From NCBI GenBank assembly GCA_963814585.1, contig CAWFDF010000012.1:64001-128000 (forward strand): 64,000 bases of DNA, written 5' to 3'. Made by a program: the position numbers and the translations under genes. Shown here piece after piece: positions 52,902 through 63,383 of the stretch. Every line of letters begins with the position of its first letter. Position 1 is the stretch's first letter. The notes beneath the pieces are model-generated. The model had not been told where the DNA came from. It ran no database searches and saw only the letters and a program-made list of their open reading frames with translations. The stretch is from an uncultured delta proteobacterium (GTDB taxonomy: Bacteria > Myxococcota > Myxococcia > Myxococcales > Anaeromyxobacteraceae).

Positions 52902-53100
52902 CACCTCGCCGGCGCTCGACGACCCAGGCCATCAGGCCGACCAGGAGGAACCAGGCTCCGAACACGTAGCCGTAGAGCAGCGGAATCCCGGCCACCTCGA
53001 CGGGCCGGGCGAAGATGGCGAGGACCGGGAAGTTCAGCAGCACGGCGCCGAGGAGGAAGACGGCGGCCAGGCGGGTCCCGGTCAGGTCGGATGGCTTCAT
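52873..53100 (-). CDS. Small 2-TM protein of the type found upstream of CrbS-like kinases
   Basis: LLNFP...GIPLLYGYVFGAW. Confidence 0.75.
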   Translation of the reverse strand: MKPSDLTGTRLAAVFLLGAVLLNFPVLAIFARPVEVAGIPLLYGYVFGAWFLLVGLMAWVVERRRGERPDPGEKT

Positions 53101-53203
53101 GCTCGCTCACCGGGGGTGGTCCGGCGTGGGTAGCCTGCCCGCTCCACGCCTCGGACGAGAGGCCCCGGAAGGGGCCCGCGGCATCGGGGCGCGCCGGGCG
53201 CCG

Positions 53204-53536
53204 TCACCCTGGCCGCGCAGGATCCACGGCGGCCGCCAGCCACTCCAGGTAGGCCCCGGCGGCCGCCTCGACGGGGAGCGCCAGCACCTCGGGCACCTGG
53301 TAGGGGTGGCGCCTCAGGATCTCGTCGCGCAGCGCCGGGAACCGGTCGCGGGTGGTCTTGAGGACCAGCAGCACCTCCGGCTCGTCCTCGACCCGCCCCT
53401 GCCACCGGTAGATGGACCGTAGCCCCGGCACCACGTTGCCGCAGGCCGCCAGCCGGGCCTCGACCAGGGCGCGGGCGAGCCCCGCTGCCACCTCGGCGGT
53501 GGGGGCGGTGCAGAGCACGACCAGCGCGTCGGTCAC
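53204..53536 (-). CDS. cutA: Divalent-cation tolerance protein CutA
   Basis: LAACGN, SIYRWQG, HPYQVPE. Confidence 0.92.
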   Translation of the reverse strand: MTDALVVLCTAPTAEVAAGLARALVEARLAACGNVVPGLRSIYRWQGRVEDEPEVLLVLKTTRDRFPALRDEILRRHPYQVPEVLALPVEAAAGAYLEWLAAAVDPARPG

Positions 53537-53537
53537 G

Positions 53538-54086
53538 TCACTTCCCGAGCATGCCTTTCTTCAGGTCACCGTCGGCCGGCTTGTCGCCCAGCCAGTTGCG
53601 CAGCAGCGCGTCGGCGAACGGCTTCCCCTCGACGGTGACGCTGCCGCCGCCAGGCGCAGTGACGGTGGCGCCAGCGCCGGGCACGTAGCCGATCACCAGG
53701 ACGTCGCCAGACTTCAGGTCCTTCATCACCGCGTCGACGCGGTCCAGCGCCGGGATGAGCTTGGGGGCGTCGGCCTGCGAGTTCTTCTCGAACCCCTCCT
53801 TGAAGGCACCGAGGATCGAGGCCTTGTCGACGTCGCGCTTGAACGTCATCACCACCTGCCAAGCGGCGTCGGCGGCGACGATGGCGGCCGGATCGGAGGC
53901 GCGCTGCTCGAGGTAGAGCGCGCCGACGTAGACCTTGATGAAGAGCTTGGAGCGCAGTCCGGCGCCGTTGAGCACCAGCGTCTTGCCGCCGACGGTGACC
54001 GAGTCGGGGACCTGGACATCCGCCACCTCCCGGGCGAGGGCAGGAAGGGCCAGGCTGAGGGCGAGGACGGCGACGAGGTGGCGCAT
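53538..54086 (-). CDS. Chalcone isomerase-like exported protein
   Basis: Signal peptide, LNGAGLR, VYVGALYL, WLGDKP. Confidence 0.88.
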   Translation of the reverse strand: MRHLVAVLALSLALPALAREVADVQVPDSVTVGGKTLVLNGAGLRSKLFIKVYVGALYLEQRASDPAAIVAADAAWQVVMTFKRDVDKASILGAFKEGFEKNSQADAPKLIPALDRVDAVMKDLKSGDVLVIGYVPGAGATVTAPGGGSVTVEGKPFADALLRNWLGDKPADGDLKKGMLGK

Positions 54087-54135
54087 GGAGGATCTCCGGG
54101 GCTCGGGGTGGACCAGCGGGTGCCGGGCCGCGACT

Positions 54136-55041
54136 CTACCGCTTCCCCGCCCCGGCGCGCAGCAGTCCGTCACCCGGCCGCCTCGCCCCCATCACCGAGC
54201 CGTAGGCCACCCCGGTCACCCCCACCAGCACCCCCAGCAGCGCCGGCGCCGGCAGCCGCTCCGAGAGCAGCGCCGCCCCCAGCGCCACCTGGGCGATGGG
54301 CGTGAGCTGCAGCCAGATGGCGGCCTCGCCCACGGTGAGCGCGCCGTAGGCCTCGGCCATCATCACCTGGGCCCCGTAGGCAGCCACCGCCATGAGCGCC
54401 GCCAGGCCCCACGCCGCCAGGTCGAGCGGCCACGGATCGAGCGCGAACGGCAGGGCCACCGGCAGCCCTCCCAGGCAGAGGTAGAAGAAGATGGTGGCGG
54501 CGTTCTCGGTGGGGCGCATGGCCCGGATGGTGACGGCCGAGAAGGCGGCGAAGCAGGCCGCCCCCACCGCCAGCAGCTCGCCGGCCCCCAGGCCCAGCGC
54601 CAGCGTCCCGCCCCCCAGCACCAGGACCACCCCGGCCGAGGCCAGCAGCAGCGCCAGCAGCAGGTGGACGGTGGGGCGCTCGCCGAAGGCCGGCACCGCC
54701 AGGAGCGTGGCGATGACGGGGAAGAGGTTGTAGAGCATCCCCGCCTCGCCGGCCGGGATGCGGGCCAGCGCCAGGAAGTAGAGCACCACCACCACGCCGC
54801 CGGAGAGGCCGCGCGTCCAGAGCAGGCGTCGCCGCCGGGGCGCATGGAGCCCGGGCCGCACCCGGAAGGCGACCAGGGAGAGCGCCGCCCCCAGCGCGAA
54901 GCGGATCACCGTCAGCTGGCCCGCGGTGAAGGCGCCGAGCCCGTGGGAGAGGCGGCGGGCCAGGACCGCCATGAGCCCGAAGCAGAGCGCCGACCCGACC
55001 AGCAGCAGCCGCGCCCGCCCGCGGGTGCCGGCGCCGGTCAC
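54136..55041 (-). CDS. DMT/EamA transporter
   Basis: ~10 TM, two EamA repeats; GTGA overlap with the upstream paralogue. Confidence 0.85.
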   Translation of the reverse strand: MTGAGTRGRARLLLVGSALCFGLMAVLARRLSHGLGAFTAGQLTVIRFALGAALSLVAFRVRPGLHAPRRRRLLWTRGLSGGVVVVLYFLALARIPAGEAGMLYNLFPVIATLLAVPAFGERPTVHLLLALLLASAGVVLVLGGGTLALGLGAGELLAVGAACFAAFSAVTIRAMRPTENAATIFFYLCLGGLPVALPFALDPWPLDLAAWGLAALMAVAAYGAQVMMAEAYGALTVGEAAIWLQLTPIAQVALGAALLSERLPAPALLGVLVGVTGVAYGSVMGARRPGDGLLRAGAGKR

Positions 55042-55991
55042 GGCTCCTCGGTGGGCAGCCCCGCCGCCGCCTCGCGGAGCTGCGGATCGGCGTCGGTGCG
55101 CGGCGCGTGGCCGAGCACGGCGCCGTAGACCACCCCGGCGATGCCGAGCAGCACGCCGAGCAGGGTGATCCCGGTGAGCCGCTCGCCCAGCGCCAGCGCC
55201 CAGCCGAAGGAGGCGATGGGCGTGAGCTGCTGCCAGAGCGCCGCCTCCGGGACCGAGAGGGCGCCGTAGGCCTCGGTCATGAGCAGCTGGGCCAGGAAGG
55301 CCACCACGCCGCAGGACCCGGCCGCCACCCACGGGAGCAGCTCTACCGGCCACGCGCCGGGGGCCAGGGGACCGAAGGCGAAGGGGAGCGAGACCAGGAC
55401 GCCGCCCACCGCCATGGCGAAGAAGATGGTGGGCGCGTTGTCGGTGGCCCGGAGCGCCCGGATGCTGGTGACGGCAAAGCCGCCCAGCACCGCCGAGCCG
55501 ACGCCGAGCAGCTCGCCGCGGCCGAGCGAGAAGGTGAGCCGGCCGCCCCCCAGCACCAGGAAGACGCCGGCCGAGGCGATCACCAGGGCCACCGCCAGGT
55601 GGACGGTGGGACGCTCGCCGAGCAGGAAGAAGGAGAGGATCACCGCCCAGATGGGGAAGGTGTTGTTGAGCAGCGTCGCCTCGCCCGCCGGGATGAGCGA
55701 CAGGGAGACGAAGTAGAGCAGCGCCGCCAGCCCCCCGAAGAGGCCACGGGAGACCAGCAGCGCGTGGCGGACCGGCCGGAAGGTCCCGGGGCGGGCCACG
55801 AAGACGGCCAGCACCGCCACCACGCCGACCGCGAAGCGGACCAGGGACACCCGGCCCCCGGACATCGCCCCCTCGGTGGAGGCGAGCCGGGCCAGCATGG
55901 CGGAGAGGCCGAAGAGCACGCCGGCGCCGAAGAGCAGCGCTCGCGCCCGGCCCCGGGTCGGCACCGTCAGCGGTCTCACGGGGCGGGCCAT
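55038..55991 (-). CDS. DMT/EamA transporter (tandem paralogue)
   Basis: Shares IPAGEA, GERPTVHL, EAYGAL and QLTPIA with its neighbour. Confidence 0.87.
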   Translation of the reverse strand: MARPVRPLTVPTRGRARALLFGAGVLFGLSAMLARLASTEGAMSGGRVSLVRFAVGVVAVLAVFVARPGTFRPVRHALLVSRGLFGGLAALLYFVSLSLIPAGEATLLNNTFPIWAVILSFFLLGERPTVHLAVALVIASAGVFLVLGGGRLTFSLGRGELLGVGSAVLGGFAVTSIRALRATDNAPTIFFAMAVGGVLVSLPFAFGPLAPGAWPVELLPWVAAGSCGVVAFLAQLLMTEAYGALSVPEAALWQQLTPIASFGWALALGERLTGITLLGVLLGIAGVVYGAVLGHAPRTDADPQLREAAAGLPTEEP

Positions 55992-56101
55992 GGTGGGCCG
56001 TCGTACCACCTCGGCGGGGGTCCCGGAAGGGAGCTGGACGGGCCAGGCCGGGCGCCCGGCGGGTGGTTTCCCGGGCCGGGCCGCGTTAGATACCTGCCTC
56101 C

Positions 56102-58966
56102 ATGAGCGAGCCCGACACCATCGTCGTCAAGGGGGCCCGCGAGCACAACCTCAAGTCGGTCACGCTGGAGATCCCGAAGAAGAAGCTGGTGGTCTTCACC
56201 GGCGTCTCCGGCTCCGGCAAGAGCTCGCTGGCCTTCGACACCCTCTACGCCGAGGGGCAGCGCCGCTACGTCGAGTCGCTCTCCTCCTACGCCCGGCAGT
56301 TCCTCGGGCAGATGGAGAAGCCTCGCTACGACACCATCCGCGGCCTCTCGCCCACCATCTCCATCGAGCAGAAGGCCGCCTCCAACAACCCGCGCTCCAC
56401 CGTGGGCACCATCACCGAGGTGCACGACTACCTGCGCGTCCTCTACGCCTCGATCGGCGTGCAGCACTGCCCCGGCTGCGGCCGCCCGGTGGGGAAGCAG
56501 ACCGCCCAGCAGATCGTCGAGACCATCCTCGAGCAGCCGGCCGGCTCCCGGCTCCTGCTGCTGGCCCCGCTGGTGCAGAACCGCAAGGGCGAGTACCGCG
56601 AGCTGCTCGGGGATGCGCAGCAGCGCGGCTTCGCCCGGGTGCGCGTCGACGGGATGATCCACCAGCTCTCCGAGCGGCTGGCGCTCGACAAGAAGCTCAA
56701 GCACGACATCGAGCTGGTGATCGACCGGCTGGTGGTGAAGGAGGGGATCACCGCGCGGCTCACCGACTCGGTGGAGACCGCCCTGCGCGAGGGCCAGGGG
56801 ACGCTGATCGTCGCCGACGCCGCGCACGAGCAGAAGGTCGGCCCCGGCATCGATCCCGAGGGCTACAAGAAGCACGATCGCTTCTTCTCGGAGCAGAACG
56901 CCTGCCACGCCTGCGGCCTCTCCTTCGGCGAGCTGGCGCCGCAGAGCTTCTCCTTCAACAGCCCGCTCGGCTTCTGCCAGGAGTGCCAGGGGCTGGGCAC
57001 CCGGCCCGAGATGGACCCGGAGCTGATCATCCCCGACCCCTCGCTCACCATCCGCGAGGGCGCGGTGGAGCCATGGGCCTCGGGGATGGAGCGAGGCGAG
57101 GGCTGGACCTTCGAGTTCGTCGAGCACCTGGCCCGCTCGCTCAAGCTCGACCTCGACACCCCGTGGGCCCGGCTCGCCAGGCGCGACCGCGACCTGGTCC
57201 TGCACGGCACCGCCTCGCTGACCGGTCCCAAGCCGCGCCTCGAGTGGGAGGGGGTGCTGGCCCAGCTCTATCGCCGCTTCCGCGCCACCACCTCCGAGGC
57301 CATGCGCCGGCACTACATGCGCTTCTTCTCGGACAAGCCCTGCGCCGCCTGCCACGGCGAGCGCCTCAAGTCGGAGAGCCGGGCGGTCCGGGTGCGCGGC
57401 CGGGGCATCGTCGACCTCTCGCGGCTCACCATCGTCGAGGCCCACGAGTGGCTGGACGGGCTGGGGCTCAAGGGGAACGAGGCCACCATCGCCTCCGAGC
57501 TGCTCAAGGAGATCCGCAGCCGGCTCAAGTTCCTGCTCGACGTCGGGCTCGGCTACCTCACGCTGGATCGGCCCGGGCCGTCGCTCTCCGGAGGCGAGAG
57601 CCAGCGCATCCGGCTCGCCTCGCAGATGGGCTCGGAGCTCACCGGCGTCATCTACATCCTCGACGAGCCCTCCATCGGCCTGCACCAGCGCGACAACGGC
57701 AAGCTCCTGGCCACGCTGAAGCGCCTGCGCGACATCGGCAACTCGGTGATCGTCGTCGAGCACGACGAGGAGACCATGGCCGAGGCCGACTGGCTGGTCG
57801 ACTTCGGCCCGGGGGCGGGCGCCCACGGCGGCCAGATCGTGTCCCAGGGGACGCCGGCGCAGGTGAAGGCCGACCCGGCCTCGCTCACCGGCGCCTACCT
57901 GTCGGGGCGGCGCGAGATCTCGCTCCCGGGGAGCCGCCGCGGCGGCGACCACGGCACCCTCACCGTTCACGGCGCGCGGGAGAACAACCTGAAGGACCTG
58001 ACCGTCGAGTTCCCGCTGGGGCGGCTGGTGGCGATCACCGGCGTCTCCGGCGCCGGGAAGTCGACGCTGGTCAACGCGGTGCTCCGTCCGGCCCTCTCCC
58101 GGCTCCTCCACGGCACCCGCGAGGCGCCCGGCGCCCACGACCGGCTCAGCGGCGCCGAGCGGATCGACAAGCTCATCGACATCAACCAGCAGCCCATCGG
58201 CCGCACGCCCCGCTCCAACCCGGCCACCTACACCAAGCTCTTCGACTTCATCCGCGACGTCTTCGCCCAGACCCCGGAGGCGCGGTCCTTCGGCTACCAG
58301 CCGGGCCGGTTCAGCTTCAACGTCAAGGGGGGGCGCTGCGAGGCCTGCCAGGGCGACGGCATGAAGCTGGTGGAGATGCACTTCCTCGCCGACGTGCTGG
58401 TGCCCTGCGAGGTCTGCGGCGGCAAGCGCTTCAACGACGCCACCCTGCGGGTCCAGTTCAAGGGCAAGAACATCGCCGAGGTGCTCGACCTCTCCATCGC
58501 CGAGGCCAGCCAGCACTTCGGCGCCCACAAGGAGGTGGTGCGCATCCTGCGGACCCTGGAGGACGTCGGGCTCGGCTACCTGAAGCTCGGGCAGCCCTCT
58601 CCCACCCTCTCCGGCGGCGAGGCCCAGCGCATCAAGCTCTCGCGCGAGCTGGCCAGGGTCGGGACCGGGCGCACCCTCTACATCCTCGACGAGCCGACCA
58701 CCGGCCTGCACTTCGAGGACGTGCGCCGGCTGCTCACCGTGCTGGACCGGCTGGTGGCGGCGGGCAACACCGTGGTGGTGATCGAGCACAACCTCGACGT
58801 CATCAAGTGCGCCGACTGGATCATCGACCTCGGCCCGGAGGGCGGCGATCGCGGCGGCCTGGTCATCGCCGAGGGGACCCCCGAGGAGGTGGCCCGGGTG
58901 GAGGCCAGCGCCACCGGCCACTACCTCGCCAGGGTCCTGGCCCAACATCGCGCCCGCGCCAGCTGA
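56102..58966 (+). CDS. uvrA: Excinuclease ABC subunit A
   Basis: GVSGSGKS, two LSGGE signatures, Zn fingers, DLGPEGG. Confidence 0.97.
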   Translation: MSEPDTIVVKGAREHNLKSVTLEIPKKKLVVFTGVSGSGKSSLAFDTLYAEGQRRYVESLSSYARQFLGQMEKPRYDTIRGLSPTISIEQKAASNNPRSTVGTITEVHDYLRVLYASIGVQHCPGCGRPVGKQTAQQIVETILEQPAGSRLLLLAPLVQNRKGEYRELLGDAQQRGFARVRVDGMIHQLSERLALDKKLKHDIELVIDRLVVKEGITARLTDSVETALREGQGTLIVADAAHEQKVGPGIDPEGYKKHDRFFSEQNACHACGLSFGELAPQSFSFNSPLGFCQECQGLGTRPEMDPELIIPDPSLTIREGAVEPWASGMERGEGWTFEFVEHLARSLKLDLDTPWARLARRDRDLVLHGTASLTGPKPRLEWEGVLAQLYRRFRATTSEAMRRHYMRFFSDKPCAACHGERLKSESRAVRVRGRGIVDLSRLTIVEAHEWLDGLGLKGNEATIASELLKEIRSRLKFLLDVGLGYLTLDRPGPSLSGGESQRIRLASQMGSELTGVIYILDEPSIGLHQRDNGKLLATLKRLRDIGNSVIVVEHDEETMAEADWLVDFGPGAGAHGGQIVSQGTPAQVKADPASLTGAYLSGRREISLPGSRRGGDHGTLTVHGARENNLKDLTVEFPLGRLVAITGVSGAGKSTLVNAVLRPALSRLLHGTREAPGAHDRLSGAERIDKLIDINQQPIGRTPRSNPATYTKLFDFIRDVFAQTPEARSFGYQPGRFSFNVKGGRCEACQGDGMKLVEMHFLADVLVPCEVCGGKRFNDATLRVQFKGKNIAEVLDLSIAEASQHFGAHKEVVRILRTLEDVGLGYLKLGQPSPTLSGGEAQRIKLSRELARVGTGRTLYILDEPTTGLHFEDVRRLLTVLDRLVAAGNTVVVIEHNLDVIKCADWIIDLGPEGGDRGGLVIAEGTPEEVARVEASATGHYLARVLAQHRARAS

Positions 58967-59011
58967 GGTCTTGAAGTACCATCGGGTCTCCACCACGCAT
59001 GGGAGACCACG

Positions 59012-59509
59012 ATGCCGACCACCAACGAGAACCTGGCCGTCGCCTTCGCCGGCGAGAGCCAGGCCAACCGCAAGTACCTGGCCTTCGCCAAGGCCGCCGA
59101 GAAGGAAGGGCTCCCGCAGATCGCCCGCCTCTTCCGCGCCGCCGCCGAGGCCGAGACCATCCACGCGCTGGGCCACTTCGCCAACATGGGCGGGGTCGGC
59201 ACCACGCTGCAGAACCTCGAGGCGGCCGTGGCCGGCGAGACCTACGAGTTCACCGAGATGTACCCGCCCATGGTGAAGACGGCGCAGGAGGAGGGCCACC
59301 GGGGCCGCCACCTGCTGGCCTACGCGCTGGCCGCCGAACAGGTGCACGCCAGGCTCTTCAAGGAGGCGCTGGCCGCCATGAAGGCCGGCAAGGACCTCTC
59401 CACGATGGACGTCTACCTCTGCCCGGTCTGCGGCGACATCGAGTTCGGCGAGCCCCCGGAGAAGTGCCCGCTCTGCGGCGCGCCCGCCTCCAGGTACGTG
59501 AAGGTCTAG
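59012..59509 (+). CDS. rbr: Rubrerythrin
   Basis: AGESQA, ETIH, ETYE, EQVH; CPVCG...CPLCG rubredoxin domain. Confidence 0.92.
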   Translation: MPTTNENLAVAFAGESQANRKYLAFAKAAEKEGLPQIARLFRAAAEAETIHALGHFANMGGVGTTLQNLEAAVAGETYEFTEMYPPMVKTAQEEGHRGRHLLAYALAAEQVHARLFKEALAAMKAGKDLSTMDVYLCPVCGDIEFGEPPEKCPLCGAPASRYVKV

Positions 59510-59514
59510 GGGCC

Positions 59515-59976
59515 TCAGCGCCGGCGCAGCCGCTCGATGACGGCGCGCGGCTCGGCGAGCCCCCGGCGCAGCAGCCAGAGCGCCACCCGGGGGCCGCCCA
59601 GGGCGAGGACGGCGAGGTAGCCGCCGGAGACCAGGCGGGCGGTCGAGGCGTGGACTCGGACCCCGACGTGGAGCGCCGGGTCACGTTCCAGCACCAGGGA
59701 GAAGAAGAGCAGCCCCAGCTCGCCGACGCCCGCGGCGGGGTTCGCGCAGAGCCTGGTCACCGCCCCGGCCGGCAGCCGGAGGGTGAAGTCGGGGTCGGAT
59801 GGTTCGCCGGCGGTCAGCAGCGGTGCGCCCCCGGACATGGCAAAGCCGGCCGGCCCCTCGTCCAGGTCGAGCCCGACCCTGGCCGCCGCGGAGAGCGGCC
59901 GGACCGCTCGCGCCGCCGACGGCGCCCTGGCGAACAGGGCGGCGAGCGCGTCGAGGCTGGCGTGGGCCGGAGCCAT
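59515..59976 (-). CDS. Hypothetical protein (possibly SCP2-like)
   Basis: Codon bias; DPDFTLRL segment. Confidence 0.6.
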   Translation of the reverse strand: MAPAHASLDALAALFARAPSAARAVRPLSAAARVGLDLDEGPAGFAMSGGAPLLTAGEPSDPDFTLRLPAGAVTRLCANPAAGVGELGLLFFSLVLERDPALHVGVRVHASTARLVSGGYLAVLALGGPRVALWLLRRGLAEPRAVIERLRRR

Positions 59977-60091
59977 GGCCGGACCGTAGCGGCGCCCCCG
60001 CCGGGCATGCAAGCCGGGGCGCCGGAGCGCCTTCGGCCTCCCGCCCGGCGAACCGGTTGACGCTCACCCGGACCCGCGCTAACGCTCCTGC

Positions 60092-60553
60092 ATGCGCTCC
60101 CGCCTCCTGCCACTGCTCGCCCTGCTCGCCGCCTGCGCCCCGAGCCGGATCCCCGGCACCGAAGTCCCCGACTCCAAGGAGAACCGCGCCGTCTACGAGG
60201 TGATCCGACAGTACGGCGAGGCGCTGCGGAAGAGGGACGCCGGGGCCATCCTCCTCCTGGTGGCGCCCGACTACTACGACGCCTCGGGCACCCCCGATCC
60301 GGGCGACGACGTGACCCGGGACATCCTGGAGAGGCACCTGGCGAGCGACCTCTCCAAGGTCGAGGCGGTCGCGCTGGACATGGGCGTGAAGAGGATCGAC
60401 GTGAACGGTGACGAGGCCCGCGCCGAGGTCTTCTACGACGCCGCCTACCGGGTGGTCACCGCTACCGGTCCCGTGGCCAAGCGCCCCTCCGACCTGAACC
60501 TGATGCGCTTCCGGAAGCTGGGCGGCGCCTGGAAGGTCACCGCGGGACTCTAG
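60092..60553 (+). CDS. Lipoprotein, NTF2-like fold
   Basis: Lipobox LAAC; GAWKV C-terminal strand. Confidence 0.8.
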   Translation: MRSRLLPLLALLAACAPSRIPGTEVPDSKENRAVYEVIRQYGEALRKRDAGAILLLVAPDYYDASGTPDPGDDVTRDILERHLASDLSKVEAVALDMGVKRIDVNGDEARAEVFYDAAYRVVTATGPVAKRPSDLNLMRFRKLGGAWKVTAGL

Positions 60554-60730
60554 TGCCCCGACCCAGGCAAGATGCCTACTGCGAGAGCCGATCCTCTCGC
60601 TGCGGCAGGCGGCCTCGTCGGTCCGCTGCTCAGTGTAGCGCTGCTACGCTTCCGCTGCTCCCTCCTCGGGCGTCAGCCTCGCTTCGGTCTCGGCTCTCTC
60701 GTCACGTCATCTTGCCTGGATCGGGGCACT
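60552..60730. mobile_element. MITE-like element, near-intact copy
   Basis: 23-bp TIRs AGTGCCCCGACCCAGGCAAGATG / CATCTTGCCTGGATCGGGGCACT (1 mismatch); no transposase. Confidence 0.8.
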
Positions 60731-61696
60731 GGGTCCGAGCAGCTCGCGGTACCCGGCCGCTCCCAGGGCGCGCAGCGCCGAGAGCCGGTCGCGGTAGCGC
60801 CGCCAGTCCTTGGTCACCACCCGTCCGGCGGGGAGTGCGGGACCGAGCGAGGCGAGGAGCCGGCTCACCGCGAAGCGGAGCGCCGCGAAGCGCGCCCAGG
60901 CCGGCAGCGCCTCAGCGGTCCCCTCGTCGAGCCGCCGCCGGGATCGGTACCCGTCGAGGAGGGCCCGCACCCTCGCCGGCTCGTGACGATCGGTGAAGCA
61001 CCAGGCGTCGATGGCCACCGCCAGGTCGTAGGCGAAGGGGGCGGTGCAGGCCATCTCCCAGTCGAGGACGTAGCTGATCCGGTCGCCGACCCAGAGCACG
61101 TTGTCGATGAAGAGGTCGCCGTGGCAGAGGCCCCGCGGCGCGCCCGGCAGCTGCCGGGCCGCATCCAGCTCCTCCCGCAGCAGCGGCAACGCCGCCCTGG
61201 CGTCGGCGTCGAGGCGGGGAGCGGCCTCCACCTCCGCCAGCCACCCGGCCACCCGGGCCGGGCCGAAGGGGTTCTCCCGCTCGCCGGTGAACCCGGCCGA
61301 GAGCTCGTGCAGCCGCCCCAGCTGCTCGCCGACCCGCCGGCACCGATCCGGCCCGGCGCCGGCCCGGTCCACGGCCTCGCCCGGCACGAAGGCGAAGAGC
61401 ATGGCCGGCCGCCCCGCCACCTCGGTCCAGGGGCGGCCGTCGCTGGCCAGCACCAGGCGCGGCACCGGGTAGTGAGCGTCGAAGAGGAAGCCCATCACCG
61501 AGGCCTCGAAGCCGACGTCGGCCTCGGTCTTGCCCTCGGCGAGCCGGAGGAACCAGCGATCCTCGCCGGCCTGCAGGTGGTAGCTGGTGTTGCTCCGGCC
61601 CCGTGGCTCGGGCTGGGCGCGGTCCAGCGGCGGCAGGCCGAAGCGGCGGGCGGCCTCGGCCAGCTGCCCGGGGGTGAGGACGGTGTGGAGCGCCAT
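60707..61696 (-). CDS. thrB: Homoserine kinase type II (APH family)
   Basis: MALHT, GRSNTSY, HGDLFIDN, LDWE, ALRFAVSRL, TKDW. Confidence 0.85.
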   Translation of the reverse strand: MALHTVLTPGQLAEAARRFGLPPLDRAQPEPRGRSNTSYHLQAGEDRWFLRLAEGKTEADVGFEASVMGFLFDAHYPVPRLVLASDGRPWTEVAGRPAMLFAFVPGEAVDRAGAGPDRCRRVGEQLGRLHELSAGFTGERENPFGPARVAGWLAEVEAAPRLDADARAALPLLREELDAARQLPGAPRGLCHGDLFIDNVLWVGDRISYVLDWEMACTAPFAYDLAVAIDAWCFTDRHEPARVRALLDGYRSRRRLDEGTAEALPAWARFAALRFAVSRLLASLGPALPAGRVVTKDWRRYRDRLSALRALGAAGYRELLGPSAPIQAR

Positions 61697-61728
61697 GGAT
61701 CGAGCGTGCCCGGAAACGGCCGGGCCCG

Positions 61729-62265
61729 TCAACGCGAAGGGGCCGACCCCGGGGCGGCGGGGCGCCGACCGGGCCCGTCGGGTGGGCCCTCCAGCGCCTC
61801 GCCCAGCGACTCCTCCACCCAGGTGGCGCCGGCGATTCGCCAGCCCTCCGGCTCCCGCTCCAGCTGGCAGTCGATCCGCCAGGCGCTGGCGTCCGCCGGG
61901 AGGAGGTCGGCCAGGGCCTTCCCCGCCCCGGCGCGAGTCGCCACCAGGTCCAGCACGGCGCGGGCGGAGTCGCCCGTCACCTCGATCCGCAGCCCGGCGA
62001 TCCGGGCCACCACCCAGTGGCCGCGCAAGGCGTTCCCGGCCACCAGCTGCTTCACGCCGGCCTTGTCGAGCCCCTGCCCCCGGAACCGCTCCGAGAGGCC
62101 GGCGACGGCGTCGGAGACCCGGCGCTCCTCGGCGGAGCGGACGGCGTCCTCGAAGAGGGCCTGGATCAGCTGCTCGTCGGAGGGGGGCGCCGGCCGGCTG
62201 AGGCGCCAGGCGGCGCCGGCCGTGATCAGGCCCGCCAGGGCGGCGATGGCGGCCCGGCGGGTCAT
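61729..62265 (-). CDS. Membrane-anchored NTF2-like hypothetical protein
   Basis: N-terminal TM; GWRIAGATW. Confidence 0.7.
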   Translation of the reverse strand: MTRRAAIAALAGLITAGAAWRLSRPAPPSDEQLIQALFEDAVRSAEERRVSDAVAGLSERFRGQGLDKAGVKQLVAGNALRGHWVVARIAGLRIEVTGDSARAVLDLVATRAGAGKALADLLPADASAWRIDCQLEREPEGWRIAGATWVEESLGEALEGPPDGPGRRPAAPGSAPSR

Positions 62266-62323
62266 GGACCCCTCGCTGGCATGCGGACGCCCGGACGGGA
62301 CATGAGGGAGTAGACTCCGATCC

Positions 62324-63145
62324 GTGAGCGGCGACAAGGATCCGACAGGACGTTCCGATCAGCACAACGCCCGCGGCATCGAGCTGGCCGACCGGGGCTG
62401 GCTCGACGAGGCGGTGAAGGAGTTCCAGCGGGCCATCGAGCTCGACCCGGAGGCCGCCCATCCCCACGACAACCTGGCGACCGTCTACGCCGAGCAGCGG
62501 AAGCTGGGCGAGGCGCTCCAGGAGCACCTCACCGCCCTCCGGCTCGACCCGGAGAGCGCCACCGCCCACTTCAACCTGGCATCGTTCCTCTCGGCCCACG
62601 CCACCGACCTGGCGATCGAGTCCTACCGGACCGCGCTGGCCCTCGACCCCGCCTTTCCCGACGCCCACTACAGCCTCGGCCTCACCCTGGCGGACGAGGG
62701 GCGCGTCGAGGAGGCGCTGGCAGCGCTGCGGACCGCGGTCGAGCAGGCGCCGCAGGACCCGCAGCCGCGCCATGAGCTGGCCACGCTGCTCCTCGACGAG
62801 GGGGAATACCGGGCCGCCATCGGCCAGCTCAAGGAGGTGACGCGGCTCGCGCCCGACCACTTCGACGCCTGGCTCGACCTCGGGATCGCCTACGCACAGC
62901 AGGGCTTCTTCGAGGAGGCCGAGCGGGCCTATGCCGGAGCGGCCCGGCTTCGCCCCGACGACCTGCTGCTCAACTACAACCTGGGCGGGCTCCACGCCCT
63001 GGCCGGACAGTCGGCGCCGGCGCTGGCCGCCCTCCGGCGCGCCCTCTCCATCGACCCGGTGAAGGTCCGGACCTGGCTCGAGGCCGACCAGATGTTCGAG
63101 ACGCTCGAGGGGAACCCGGAGTTCGAGGCGCTGGCGCGGGGCTGA
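62324..63145 (+). CDS. TPR-repeat protein
   Basis: Repeated AH(F/Y)NL...AL.LDP helices. Confidence 0.88.
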   Translation: MSGDKDPTGRSDQHNARGIELADRGWLDEAVKEFQRAIELDPEAAHPHDNLATVYAEQRKLGEALQEHLTALRLDPESATAHFNLASFLSAHATDLAIESYRTALALDPAFPDAHYSLGLTLADEGRVEEALAALRTAVEQAPQDPQPRHELATLLLDEGEYRAAIGQLKEVTRLAPDHFDAWLDLGIAYAQQGFFEEAERAYAGAARLRPDDLLLNYNLGGLHALAGQSAPALAALRRALSIDPVKVRTWLEADQMFETLEGNPEFEALARG

Positions 63146-63383
63146 CCGAGCCGCGGCCGGGGGCGTCCGCCGTTCGTCCGCCCGGCCACTGGACGCCCGC
63201 CGCGCGGCCGTCCGTCCCGCGGCCGGTCCCCAGTCCGGACGCACACTTGGCGGGCGTCCGCGCCCCGGCGCCGTCCGTGCAACGGACCTCATCCGAGGCG
63301 CCGACCCGGATCCCGGCAGGAGGACCCTCACGGCGCGCTTCCCGTCCCGCGGCCTGCCGGTACAATAGGACCAGGAGTCAACC

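Noticed and set aside
56010..56101. LexA box upstream of uvrA
   Set aside because: No motif I could recognise.
50050..59347. Very long alternative-frame or antisense ORFs (e.g. 50050-53133, 55876-58974, 55976-59347)
   Set aside because: Shadow ORFs of high-GC genes; they overlap well-supported CDSs and have no motifs.
60005..60025. sigma54-like motif upstream of 59976
   Set aside because: GG-to-GC spacing is 11, not the required 10.
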